Shown here piece by piece: positions 24,513-37,636 of a DNA stretch of 64,000 bases. Each line of letters opens with the position of its first letter. Position 1 is the stretch's first letter. The translations under genes were made by a program, and so were the position numbers. Below the pieces are notes generated by a model. It was not told where the DNA came from. It did not search any database and was given only the letters and a program-made list of their open reading frames with translations. Source of the DNA: Raja brachyura (lineage: Eukaryota); assembly GCA_963514005.1 (NCBI GenBank), contig OY740783.1, forward strand, positions 13,578,001 to 13,642,000, written 5' to 3'.

Positions 24513-25284
24513 GCCTATCTCCTTCGCTCCTTAGATGCTGCTGCACCCGCTGAGTTTCTCCAGCTTTTTGTGTAACCTTCCACACTTCAGGATTTCTTTG
24601 GCAGTTACTGTCGTCAGGTCCCACGGTGGCGCAGAGGTAGAGTTGCTGCCTTACAGCACCAGAGGCCCGGGTTTTGATCCTGACCACGGCTGCTGTCAGT
24701 ATGCAGTTTGTGCGTTCCACCCGTGACTTGCATGGGTTTTCTATAGGAGTTTGCTAATCTCTCCAGCACTGCGAGTTTTGTCTAACTTACGTTGCTTATT
24801 AGCTCGAACATTAGAGCTCCGATACCCAGGTTTGTGAAATCAATCCATCACAAAACTGTTTGCGACTGTTGTTCAAAAACTGTTGTTCACAATTCCAACT
24901 CGTGTGTGACTCCCCATACTGCATTGCAAGGCTATATTGCCACTGCCCTGTTATGTGCATGGCTTTGTTTTTTCTAACATTAATTAGGTGGACATTAAGG
25001 CAATGCATTACAAAAGTTCATAAATATGGTATCTACTTATCTGTTTTCATATTCTCATATTTCATTATGAAATATAGTCTGCATATTTCTGGATTCTGTA
25101 TGAAATAAGGAAATTGAACTCTAAAAGGAATGTGGAATTTAACTTTAGGAATTGGCAGAAAGGAAACGCTCCATGTTTTATGCACTTTTAACCACTTTGA
25201 AATGTGATTGCCAAGAAAGAAGTGTGGTTTGTGTTGATGTTTTCCCTGTTTCAGTTGGTGTTTTTTTTTTTTTTTAATGTTTAG

Positions 25285-25516
25285 GTTATCACTCCTGTAT
25301 TTGTCCCAGAGAAATCATTTGAGCTGCTTCACCGTATGTCTGGAAAGGGTCTTGGCGCACGTTATCACTTTCCACGTCAGCCGTGCATTTACAACTCCAA
25401 AATGGTGTCCGTTCATATCACATTCACGAACAACTCAGACCAGGAAATTCAGAACATCCAAATCGGAGAGCGGAAGCTTGCATCGGGAATGAAAATGCAT
25501 GATTTCCATGAAATAG
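25285..25516 (+). CDS. AP3B1: AP-3 complex subunit beta-1, internal coding exon (start of beta-appendage domain), 232 nt
   Basis: Poly-T tract and ttag acceptor; reads VITPVFVPEKSFELLHRMSGKGLGARYHFPRQPCIYNSKMVSVHITFTNNSDQEIQNIQIGERKLASGMKMHDFHEI, then a G|gtaccg donor. The LHRMSGKGL/RQPCI motifs match AP3B1 rather than AP3B2 (recalled from the human proteins). Confidence 0.95.
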
Positions 25517-26498
25517 GTACCGAAATACAGTTGTTGTGACCATGTCAGGTTTTACTCTGCGTAGGCTTGCATATTTCTGGATTCCTTTTGTAACATCTGT
25601 TTTCTAACAATAAGACAGCAAATACATTTTCAGCCCTATTCACTTCTAAAATTAAAGAATGAATCTGCATATTTGTATGCACAGGTATTTCTACCTTACC
25701 CTTCCTCGTCTTTTTCCATCTGTGATGAGAGAATATAAGTTCAAACGTTTTCGGAACAGAATTAGCCTATTCGGCCCATTGTCTACTCCACCTTTCAATC
25801 ATGGCTGATCTATCTTTCCCTCTCAACCCCATTCTCCTGCCTTCACCCCATATCCTCCGACACCTTCTCTGCCTTCATAATATCCATTAACTTAGCAGCA
25901 GCACCCTTCTGTGGCAATGACTACCACACTTCACCACCCTCTGACTAACAAAATTCCTCCTAATCTTTCTAAAGGAACATCCTTTTATTCTGAGGCTACG
26001 GCTTATGGTTCTAGTCTTTCCCAGTACTCAAAACATCTGGACCCTTTCTATATCTGGAATCTACTCGTATTTTCCCTTTATAGTATGTATAGTTGAGATC
26101 AAGATCACTTTTTTGATTGGAATTGCAGAGTATGAGAATATATTGAAAATAAAATGTTTTGACATTAATGAAACAAATGAAAAAGGAAATCTAGGTTGTG
26201 AAAGTACAGAGTTTTTCTAGAAATCGCAAATTAAGTTTCAGGGAATTCAAATACATTTTTCATGAGAGTTTGCTGATTAAGGCAGTCTTAGTAAAGTCGT
26301 AACTTATGTAAAAGTCACCAATCCCCTCTCTGTGCATTTAGATAATTTGCTGTTACTGAACAGTGGTAGGTAATTTATAATTTTAGCATCTTAGTGTAGA
26401 AAGGGCTTGGTCTCTTGACTAAATTCCTGTTTACCTCATCCTGAAGGAAATATATTTGTAAATCTCAGTTACGATGGTTACGATGCAAGATAACATAA

Positions 26499-26801
26499 GG
26501 GCGGCGCAGCGGTAGAGTTGCTGCCTTACAGCGGCGGAGACCCGGGTTTGATCCTGACGACAGGTGCTGTCTGTATAGAGTTTGTACGTTCTCCCTGTGA
26601 CTGCATAGGTTTTCAGCGGGTGCTCTGGTTCCCTCCCACACTCCAAAGACGTATAGGTTTGTAAGTTAATTGGCTACTGTAAATGGTAAATTGTCCCTAG
26701 TGTGTAGGATAGTGGCAGTGTACGGAGATCGCTGGTTAGCGCAGACTCAGTGGGCCGAAGGGCACGTGTCCGCACTGTATCTCTAAACTAAACTAAAACT
26801 A
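26499..26801 (+). mobile_element. HE1-type SINE
   Basis: ggcgcagcggtagagttgctgcctt...ggtttgatcc...(taaac)n. Confidence 0.85.
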
Positions 26802-27055
26802 AGAAGAAGAAGATAACTAAGAAAACCTGAGCTGGTTAACGTATATGTTTGAAATGGCCAAAAGTGGAAAATTCTGACACTGAAAGATGGACGAAAGAAA
26901 GTGAATATTTGTTCTTTAGAAAAGTTAAGCCATAGGCATGAAGGCAATGTCTTGGCTGCATGGTGTGATGCAGCAATGCTGAAGCACAATGTGCCATGTT
27001 GTAAACTGATCTTGTGTTGCTATATACTCAAAAACATTTATTTTTATTTTTCCAG

Positions 27056-27140
27056 ACAACCTTGAGCCTGGGACATCAAAAACCGTTTCAATGGGTATCG
27101 ACTTCTGTGACTCCACACAGGCTGCTAACTTTCAACTATG
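27056..27140 (+). CDS. AP3B1: AP3B1 coding exon, 85 nt
   Basis: ttttccag acceptor; (D)[27 protein letters not shown](C); TG|gtaggt donor; phase compatible with both neighbouring exons. Confidence 0.95.
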
Positions 27141-28029
27141 GTAGGTTTGCTGAAAGCAGCAGAAATATTTCAGATTTGTAATCTGTCTCCTTTCTGAATT
27201 CATAAACAGAGAGTGAAAATCCACCGAATCTACATAACATGGAAGCAGCGTGCATTTGCAAGACGAATGTCAGTCTCTGTAAAATGAGGTAGCTTGTTTT
27301 AGTGTTATTTATTTCAACAATGATAATGTACATTTAAAAATCACCAGTGCTACATTTGTCGAGTGGCTATCCCTCAGGTATTCAATGTTTTTATTTAAAC
27401 CCTGGAACTACGCACTGGCATTGTAATCTAGTTTGTTTTTTCACGTTTTTATCTTGGATGTCAGCATCTCTTAACAAAGAAAGCTTAGGGTCCATACATC
27501 TCAAATACCATAAAATTTACAAATGGTATTCATATTGTCAGCCTCCTTTGCTTAATTTAAATATACACAGTGATTATAGTTTGTACCTGTTTTTTGTCTA
27601 TTCACATAAATGAACCTAACCATTTCCAAAGTTGGTATTCCATCATTTTTTACGATTCATGCCGTTGTTTACTACTCAAGTAATTTGGAAAAGACCTTCT
27701 GTTCAGGTTGCCAACCCTACTGAGTATCTCGGAGTTTTCTAAGTACTGCTGTCAGCAAGCCAGGGGATTGAAGTGGAGTTGATTGACAACAATAAGAGTA
27801 GGCAAAACGTTGGTACGTGAATGGAATAACACAGATGCACGGAGGTGGGACCAGATTTCAGAAGGCTAGGCCGCACTAGCACACCACACCAGATACAAGT
27901 TCCAAATAATAGATTATTACTGGTGGTACCTTTGCTCTTCCAATGCCACAATGCCTCGCCATATCACCATTGTAGCATGATGGATGCAGGTTACTTATGG
28001 AAGTGGCACAATATAGTGGGAGAGCTATT

Positions 28030-28260
28030 AACCCCTCCCCAGTATCTACCCGTCACTTGCCATGCTATGTCTTGCCACCTCCTCTCTTCCAGCATTATTC
28101 TCCCTACCCCTCCTTCTCCTTACCAAAATCAGTTTGAAAAAGGGTCCTGACCCAAAACGCCGCCTACCCATGTTCTCCAGAGATGCTGCCTGACGCTGAG
28201 TTACTCCAGCACTTTGTGTCTATTTCTGTAAATTAGCATCTGCAGTTCCTTGTTTCTCCA
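28030..28260 (+). mobile_element. Penelope pLTR fragment
   Basis: C-rich region, then cagtttgaaaaagggtcctgacccaaaacg...gagatgctgcctg...ctccagcactttgtgtc. Similar copies lie at about 385-450, 1028-1112, 9340-9470, 20703-20832, 35645-35742, 47965-48228, 53140-53215 and 61065-61220. Confidence 0.7.
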
Positions 28261-29804
28261 GTAGACGAGCTTGTCTTGTTCCCCCAAGTCTGGGACAAGT
28301 GCCATGGGATTGTAAAGTGGCAAATGCAGCAGCAGTGTTCAAGAAAGGATACAAGGACATTCCTGGTAATTACTGGCTGTCAGTTTAACTTAAGTAGCAG
28401 GTAAAGTTTAGAAACGATTATCAAGGAGAAAGTTTTATAGGCACCTGGAGAGCTGTGCATTAATTAAGGAGAGCTTGCATGGATTTGCAATCAGTCTGAG
28501 CCATGGTCCGAACCCGACATGTCGCCTATCCATGTTCTCCAGGGATGCTGTGTTACTCCAGCACTTTGTAATTTTGTTTTTGTGAATTTGCTAACGGTAA
28601 TTTACTTATGGCCAAAAAGAGAAGGTGGATGAAGAAAATGGCGGTGAGGTGATGTTTTCGAACAGAAACCTGGGTAATTATGAACTGAAAGGGAAAGTAT
28701 TTATGTATATGTCAAGGAAGCATTTGATGAAGTGCCATAAAAAGCTTATGAAGAAAATTGAGGCTTATGGAATAGTGTCAGTTTGGATTTATGGAATTAT
28801 GAAATATGGAATTAGTGTCAGTTTGGATTTTGGTTTGAAAGTGGCCTACGAACAGGGAAAAGGTGAGTTGTGGTAACTGACTGTATTTTAGACTGGAAGA
28901 TGATGGACAAGCTTGTTCTGCGCAAGTCATTGGTGAAATCATTTTATGAGAGGAGCCTGCTGCTCATGGGCATGGCAGAGAGTTGGGAACACTCCACCGG
29001 AGGACATGTTAGAACAGACAACATGGATAGGACAGGCAGCTGGTGATGTCAGGGGAGGGAGGGGGGGGGGGGGGGAGAATACCTGCAACAATTGCCAGAT
29101 TGATCTTTTATTCCATGAATCCAGTGATCCAGTGCGCTATTTGTCCAGTGTAAAAGGGAAGTTGAATTGGTTATACACTCAACAGATTTCTAGTATAATT
29201 GTAATGGCTGTGATTGGCTTGCTGGAGGTCTGTGCAGGAGCTGATGTTGAAGGAGAATGAAGCAAAGAAGAAGGATGGCCATGCTTCAGGAGCCATGCTC
29301 CATGGTGGAGGGTTGTCTATTGTCAGCTCAATATCCCAAAATTTGGCATTGTCCACTCCATGCAGAATAGGTCCATTCTTCTGTCCTCATATCGGGGTCC
29401 ATGTGCCCTGGTTCTTCTGTTTTATAGAATGATACTGTGTGGAAACAGGCCCTTCGGCCCAACTTGCCCTTGCCGACCAATATGTCCCATCAACACTCGT
29501 CCAACCTGCCTGCATTTGGCCCATATCCCTCTAAACCGATCCTATCCCTGTAACTGTCTAAATGTTTCTTAAATGTTGCGATAGTACCGGCCTCAACTAC
29601 CTCCTCTGGCAGCTCGTCCCACACATACCCACCACTCTTTACATAAAAATAAAAGTTACCCCTCGGGATCCTATCTTTCCCCTCTCACCTTAAACCTATG
29701 TCCCCTGGTTCTCGATTCCCTTACTCTGCACAAAAGACTCTGTGCATTTACCCCTCATGATTTTGTGCACTATAAGATCACCCCTCATCCTCCTGCGCAA
29801 AGGA

Positions 29805-30335
29805 TATCAATTGGCAGTTTTCACTCTTTTAAAAAAAAATCCAGCATTGACTGCCTTTCATGCTGCTTGGCATCATAAATCTCTCCATAATGTGACAGGC
29901 TGTTCTTTTACACACCATGCTACTTTGGCAGAGCTATTTGCCAGATGATCGTGACACTTAGGAATGCTCAAAGCCTCATCAATACACCTGAAAACCTTTT
30001 GCAGACGTTTTGTTGTCATATTCTTGTCATCTTCTAGCAGCAGGTTGTCATTGTAATTCTCTTTGTTGAATGCTCTCATGTGAAGCTCTGTCAGGATCTT
30101 GTTAGTGAGAAGCTTGGCATGGGACGCAAATAATTGTGAAACATCATCATGTTCAGTCTCCTCAAATCCCACCTGCCATGACAGAGTCACTGACTTATTG
30201 GTTCAAAGTCAACCAAGTCATTCACTGCACTGGGAATCAACATATTCTACCCATCGTTTGTACAATTAACTAAAACTTCACCCTCTGCAGCTTCAGTGAG
30301 GTTAATGACATCCAATATGTGACATTTCTTCTAGA
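29805..30335 (-). mobile_element. Tigger/pogo transposase C-terminal remnant
   Basis: ORF 29873-30190 GFEETEHDDVSQLFASHAKLLTN...MTTKRLQKVFRCIDEALSI...SSAKVA resembles the TIGD/Tigger C-terminus. Confidence 0.6.
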
Positions 30336-30662
30336 ACTCTTGGATAGAAGAAATGTGTAGGAAGGTACTGCAGCTGTTTAAGAAGGAACTGCAGATGCTG
30401 GAAAATCGAAGGTAGACAAAAGTGCCGGAGAAACTCAGCGGGTGCAGCAGCATCTATGGAGCGAAGGAAATGGGCAACGTTTCGGGCCGAAACCCTTCTT
30501 CAGAGAGCTGCTGGTTTACACTGATGATAAGCACAAAATGCTGGAGTAACGCAGTGGGACAGGCAGCATCTCCAGAGAGAAGGAATGGGTGACGTTTTGG
30601 ATCGAGACAGACTGAAGAATGGTCTCAACCCGAAACGTCACCCACTCATTCTCTCCAGAGAT

Positions 30663-31704
30663 TAGCATGTTACAAATTTTTGAGATTTTAAAAATCAAGT
30701 CTGCAATCCCATCAGATAAAGCATAAACATAAGTTTAATTTGACACCTAATTCACTTTCATATCTTCAGTATTAAAAAAGTTATGGCCATTTTCATACTC
30801 GGAAATTAGCACCTTGTTCCCTATTGCTTTTCAATTGACTTAACACAAAAGTTGTGATCGAGGACAGTCAAAAGCCCATAACTTTCTTAAAAATTAAGAG
30901 AACTTAATTACATTTTCAGTTATTATAGATTGAAGCATTCTGAAACAGATATGAAACTATCTTACTTGGATGACCTTAAATTAAAGCATATAATTAGTTA
31001 GTTACCCAATTGAAGCTAATTACAACATTCAATTACTAGATCTAAACATCTATCCATTTCTTAAGAAAATATTAACTTTTTTTTTAAAGCCTAAGTGTCC
31101 AAATAACACTCACACAAGAATTCACAATATAACGTGATTTTTAAATCTGATTGTCATGAATTTATAGGCCAAATTGAAGGAATTTAGTGTTTAATGCCTG
31201 TAAATTAATGGGCATTTTAATCAGCTTGCGAGTGGGTTTTTCTGGAACGCGATGGATTGGAACGTTGCGGTTGCGGTGATTTTAAACCCAATATCAGCAG
31301 AAAAAATACTGCTGGTTCATATGGGGAATAAATCACCGTTTCGCAACATGAAATGTTGATTAAGGTCATCTAAACAAGCAAGTTTATATGAAAAAGTAAA
31401 CAGCTTTCATTTACCTGTCCCCTACGTAAAATCCGACCCCGTTGTCGGCGTTCATGGCATTAGAAGCTAATTTTTATTTTACTGCAGCGCTGAAATAGTC
31501 GGGCGGTAAAATTCACTTACCGGCAGTCGGAACGAATCTCCAGAAAAAGCTCGCACTCCGAGAAAATATAATTCCGGATGGCAGGGGAAAACCGCATTTT
31601 AACCCAGCCCCCCCCCCCCCCCCCCCTTCAAAGGCACCAAAGTCGCGCTCACGGCCAGTGACAGAACTGCAGGGCCGCTGAAGGTAAGCTTTGTAACATA
31701 CCTA
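30663..31704. mobile_element. About 1.04-kb non-autonomous DNA transposon inserted in a Penelope pLTR
   Basis: Imperfect TIRs tagcatgttacaaa / tttgtaacataccta; flanks cagagat / catagat; the host repeat ctccagagat|gctgcctg is split. Confidence 0.7.
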
Positions 31705-32396
31705 CATAGATGCTGCCTGCTGCTGGAGTTACTCCAGCATTTGTGTCTATCTTGGATAGAAGATTTCTTTTTACCTGAATGAGAGTCCAGAAAGTATAGT
31801 AAGTGTTAAACATGTCTCTAATGCCTTGGTCCATGAGCTTGGTGTCCCCAAAATAAGAAATGAATAAAGAAACAAGGAACTGCAGATGCTGGTTTACAAA
31901 AAAAGACAAATAAAGTGCTGGAGAAACTCAGCGGGTCAGACAGCAGCCCTGGAGTACCTGGATAGATGACGTTTATGGATTGGGACCCTTGATCACACAG
32001 AGGAGGAGAGGCATGCCTTGAGGAGATTTTTCGGTTGAGCAGTAAAATGAAGAAACAAGGAACTGCAGATGCTGGCTGACACAAAAAAGACACACTCCAG
32101 TGCTGGAGTAACTCAGTGCGTCAGGCAGCATCTCTGAAGAGCATGGATGGGTGACATTTAGGGTCAGGGGCCTTCTTCAGACTCTGACGAAGGTCCCAAT
32201 CCAAAATATTAACTATCCATGTTCCCCGGAGATACTGCCTGACCCACTGAGTTACTTGAGTACTTTGTGTCTTTATTTTAATGAAAGATCTAGATGGTCA
32301 AATGGTCTTTTGGATATCTTCATCTTGGGCACCATGTACTCTATAAATACCTAAAGGGATGGTTAATGACCCCAGAATTAACGGGAAAGAAAGCTC

Positions 32397-35300
32397 ACAA
32401 AGGGATAGGAGAGTATGGCCAAGTGTAATAGGGATCGATGTGAAAGGGGCCACTTGTCAACATAATTGTATAAGGAGTTAGAGTGTTGTAAAAACAAGCC
32501 TGAAGGCTTTGTGTCTCAATGCGAGGAGCATTCATAATAAGGTGGATGAGTTGAAGGTGCAGATAGCGATTAATGACTATGCTATAGTTGGGATCAAGGA
32601 GACATGGCTCCAGGGTGACCAAGGCTGGGAGCTGAACATCCAGGGATATTCAATATTCAGGAGGGATAGACGAAAATGAAAAGGAGGTGGGGTAGCGTTG
32701 CTGGTGAGAGAGGAGATTAATGCAATAGAAAGGAAGGACATTAGCGTGGAGGATGTGGAATCGATATGGGTAGAGCTGCGAAACTCTAAGGGGCAGAAAA
32801 CGCTAGTGGGAGCTGTGTACAGGCCACCTAACAGTAGTATTGGAGTTGGGGATGGCATCAAACAGGAAATTAGAAATGCGTGCAACAAGGGTAACACGGT
32901 TATAATGGGTGACTTCAATCTGCATGTAGATTGGGTGAATCAAATTGGCAGGGGTGCTGAGGAAGAGGATTTCTTGGAATGTATGCGGGATAGTTTTCTC
33001 AACCAACATGTGGAGGAACCAACGAGAGAGCAGGCTATTCTAGACTGGGTATTGAGTAATGAGGAAGGGTTAGTTAGCAGTCTTGTTGTGCGTGGCCCCT
33101 TGGGCAAGAGTGATCATAATATGGTTGAGTTCTTCATTAGGATGGAGAGTGACAAAATTAAGTCAGAAACAAGGGTTCTGAACTTGAACAAAGGTAACTT
33201 TGAAGGTATGAGATGTGAATTGGCCAAGATAGACTGGCAGGTGATTCTTAAAGGGTTGACAGTGGATGTGCAATGGAAGGTATTTAAAGACTGCATGGAT
33301 GAAGTACAAAAATTGTTCATACCAGTTTGGCAAAAGAAGAAATCAGGGAAGGTGGTGCATCCATGGATAACAAGGGAAATCAGGGATAGTATAAAAACAA
33401 TAGATGCGGCATACAAATTGGCCAGAAAAAGCAGCCTACCGGAGGACTGGGAGAAATTCAGAATCCAGCAGAGGAGGACAAAGGGCTTAATTAGGAAAGG
33501 GAAAATAGATTATGAAAGGAAACTGGCAGGGAACATAAAAACTGACTGCAAAAGTTTTATAGATATGTGAAGAGAAAGAGACTAGTTAAAACAAATGTTG
33601 GTCCCTTGCAGTCAGAAACAGGTGAATTGATCATGGGAAACAAGGACATGGCAGACCAATTGAATAACTACTTTGGTTCTGTCTTCACTAAGGAAGACAT
33701 AAATAATCTGCCGGAAATAGCAGTGGAACGGGGGTCAAATAAGATGGAGGAACTGAGTGAAATCCAGGTTAGTCTCGAAGTGGTGTTGGGTAAATTAAAT
33801 GGATTAAAGGCCGATAAATCCCCAGGGCCAGATAGGCTGCATCCCAGGGTACTTACAGAAGTAGCTCCGGAAATAGTGGATGCATTAGTGATAATTTTTC
33901 AAAATTCCTTAGATTCTGGAGTAGTTCCTGAGGATTGGAGGGTAGCTAATGTAATCCCACTTTTTAAAAAGGGAGGGAGAGAGAAAGTGGGGAATTACAG
34001 ACCAGTTAGTCTAACATCAGTAGTGGGGAAACTGCTAGAGTCAGTTATTAAAGATGGGATAGCAGCGCATTTGGAAAGTGGTGAAATCATTGGACAAAGT
34101 CAGCATGGATTTACGAAAGGTAAATCATGTCTGACGAATCTTATTGAATTTTTTGAGGATGTAACTAGTAGAGTGGATAAGGGAGAAGCAGTGGATGTGT
34201 TATATCTAGACTTTCAGAAGGCTTTCGACAAGGTCCCGCATAAGAGATTAGCATACAAACTTAAAGCACACGGTTTTGGGGGTTCAGTATTGATGTGGAT
34301 AGAGAACTGGCTAGCAGACAGGAAGCAAAGGGTAGGAGTAAACGGGTCCTTTTCACAATGGCAGGTAGTGACTAGTGGGGTACCGCAAGGCTCAGTGCTG
34401 GGACCCCAGCTATTTACAATATATATTAATGATTTGGACAAGGGAATTCAATGTAACATCTCCAAATTTGCAGATGACACCAAGCTGGGGGGTATAGTTA
34501 GGTGTGAGGAGGATGGTTGGAGGCTGCAGGGTGATTTGGATAGGCTGAGTGAATGGGCAGATGCATGGCAGATGCAGTATAATGTGGATAAATGTGAGGT
34601 TATCCACTTTGGTGGCAAAAACATGAGGGTAGACTATTATCTGAATGGTGGCAGATTAGGAAAAGGGGAGATGCAACGAGACCTGGGTGTCATGGTACAC
34701 CAGTCATTGAAAGTAGGCATGCAGGTGCAGCAGGCAGTGAAGAAAGCAAATGGTATGTTAGCATTCATAGCGAAAGGATTTGAGTATAGGAGCAGGGAGG
34801 TTCTACTGCAGTTGTACAGGGTTTTGGTGAGGCCACACCTGGAGTATTGCGTACAGTTTTGGTCTCCAAATTTCTCCAGTTTTGGTTTCTGAGGAAAGAC
34901 ATTCTTGCCATAGAGGGGGTACAGAGAAGATTCACCAGACTGATTCCTGGGATGTCAGGACTTTCATATGAGGAAAGACTGGATAGACTCGGCTTGTACT
35001 CGCTGGAATTTAGAAGATTGAGGGGGAATCTTATAGAAACTTACAAAATTCTTAAGGGGTTGGACAAGCTAGATGCTGGAAGATTATTCCCGATGTTGGG
35101 GGAGTCCAGAACAAGGGGTCACAGTCTAAGGATAAGGGGGAATTCCTTTAGGACCGAGATGAGGAAAACATTCTTTTCACAGAGAGTGGTGAGTCTCTGG
35201 AATTCTCTGCCACAGAAGATAGTTGAGGCCAGTTCATTGGGTATATTTAAGAGGGTGTTAGATGTGGCACTTGTGGCTAGAGGGATCAGGGGGTATGGAG

Positions 35301-35423
35301 AGAAGGCAGGTACGGGATACTGAGATGGATGATCTGCCATGATCACATTGAATGGTGGTGCAGGCTCGAAGGGCCGAATGGCCTACTCCTGCACCTATTT
35401 TTCTATGTTTCTATGTTTCTATG
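32397..35423 (+). mobile_element. Near-complete CR1/HER1 LINE ORF2 (APE endonuclease plus RT), 5'-truncated, young
   Basis: ORFs 32698-33570, 33567-34892 (YLDFQKAFDKV, GVPQGSVLGP, KFADD) and 34847-35323; (ttctatgt)n tail; apparent TSD aagctc (32391-32396, 35424-35429). Confidence 0.95.
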
Positions 35424-36531
35424 AAGCTCTGTCTATTGTGTGATTTTCTGGTGAGAGAGAAGAAATTTCATGCAATTCTTCATTGCTCATTTGCCACTAT
35501 AAGAACACATGGGCAAAGTTTCAATTTATTGTTGCCTTTTACATTGCCCCCAATAAAAGAGTGGTGTTTCAAAACCTTTAAAGCTAGAAGCATTTTCTCA
35601 TTGGTAAAGATGTGGGTTCTTGAAAGCATCTATTTCCAACACAACCCTTCTTCAGAAGGATCTCGGCCCGAAACGTCTCCCATTCCTTCTCTCCAGAGAT
35701 GCTGCCTGTCCCGCTGAGTTACTCCAGCATTTTGTGTCTACCCTGCATGGAACTGGTGAAAACAGCCATGGCTTGCAGTGAGGGTTTCTAGGTTTGTTTT
35801 CAGACTTGCAGCAGAGTTTTCTTCTCCTTTCTTTGTGACTCCACAGAGTGATAAAGCTCTTCGAGTCAAGCAGTTAGTCTGCATTCTGTTATCTCCACTG
35901 CTTAGCCACACTGACTTGTCATTTTGTTTTTAACTGTATTTTAAGCTGTGCTTTCGATCCAATCTCTTGATCACTTTGTAGATTCAGAGAGATACACCAT
36001 AGAAATAGGCCTTTTAGCCCACCAAGTCCATACTGACTCAGTCACCTTTTTTACACTAATCCTATATTAATCTAACCAAATTGTATTCCCTCCATATTGT
36101 CTTCAATTCCCTACAAGATTCTACACACAAAGGGCAATTTACAACGGCCAATTAACTTGCCAGCCTGCACATCTTTAGGGAATGCGGGCAAATCCACAAG
36201 GTCACAGCAAGAACATGCAAACTCCACACAGACAGCACCTAGGATCAAGATTAAACCTCGGTCTCTGATGCTGTAAGGCAGTGTTTCCACAAGCTGCACC
36301 ACTGTGCCGCCCCTTATTGTTGGAGAAAGCAGCATGATCGCCATGTTTATTTTCAAGTTGTCAAGATGAGCTTATTGTTGTGTGCACAAGTATGGTGAGG
36401 TACAAGCACAATGAAAATCATGCTTGCAGCAGCGCCAGACTACACTCAAACACACAAGTCATATGTAAATGACACACATTCGGCAAGACGGTGAAAAGAA
36501 AAAGCCTGCACAAAACGCAACATTGGTGCTA

Positions 36532-36851
36532 AACCCCTGTCCCACGGTACGAGTTCATTCCAAGAGCGCTCCCGAGTTTGCCCTGATTCGAACTCGGAGA
36601 TTTACGGTAATGGCCACTCGTCGGTACTCGGGGCTCTCGTGGACATTTTTCATCATGTTGAAAAATCTTCACGAGTCTTCCCGTGCTTACCTGCCGTTAG
36701 CGAGTCTTCCCGAGTGCCTGCCGTAACCGCTAAGAGACGTCCCCGAGCTCCGACGTACCCGCTACGTTCATTCTCCGTGTTTACCACGAGTTTGATTTTT
36801 TTTAAACTGGGGAGAGCTCTTGGAATGAACTCGTACCGTGGGACAGGGCTT
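36532..36851. mobile_element. PIF/Harbinger-type MITE family C (320 bp)
   Basis: Long TIRs ccctgtcccacggtacgagttcattccaagag / ctcttggaatgaactcgtaccgtgggacaggg; flanks CTA and TTA; partial relative at about 59838-60062. Confidence 0.75.
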
Positions 36852-37636
36852 TTACACTTCAGCTTTTGCACTTTGAAGTCATGGTTACACGATTACCTGA
36901 ATTCAGCACCTTAATGTTGAGAACAATCTTGTCACATGCTCTCACAATGAGGGCTACCAGGAGTCCTAGCCGATCCTCGTACCATCACGAATAACACACC
37001 CTTGTGAAAAGCAGAGATCAATGAATATTGAAACCTCCTTACTAGTAAAGGATGAACTCTAATGTGAAGCAAGACACAGCAAGATAAAGAATAACAGTCT
37101 CCTGTAGAGCAAGAGGATTGTTCAAACTTCTGCCAAGGTACTTGAAAGTTCAGCCTTGGGGGAATACTGCAAACTCGACTGACACTTGCCCTGAAAACAG
37201 TAAACAATGCACCCGTTTTTAGCTTGTTTTCTTCAACTGTGCAAAGCTGAATAATCTCAGTTTTAAATTTCAGCATTTCTACATCTTGATGTACAATGAG
37301 TTCATTCCACTCCTGATGCATTTAAAAATTTACCATGCATGTCCATTTATAAGATGAAAACCTAAAATCATGGGGCAGGGAAAGTTGGAAATCTCAGGAC
37401 CATCACCATCAGCACACTAACAAAAGATACTTCCATCCAACATGATCAAGCACCCAGTTTGTGAACTTAATTAATCAGTTCTAGGCTCATTTGGCTCAAG
37501 TTCTACGCCATTCAATTATGGCTGATCTATCTTTCCCTCTCAACCCCATTCTCCTGCCCTCACCCTATATCCCCCTGACACCCTTACTAATTAAGTATCT
37601 GTCATTCTCTGCCTTCAAAATATCCATTGGCCTCCA

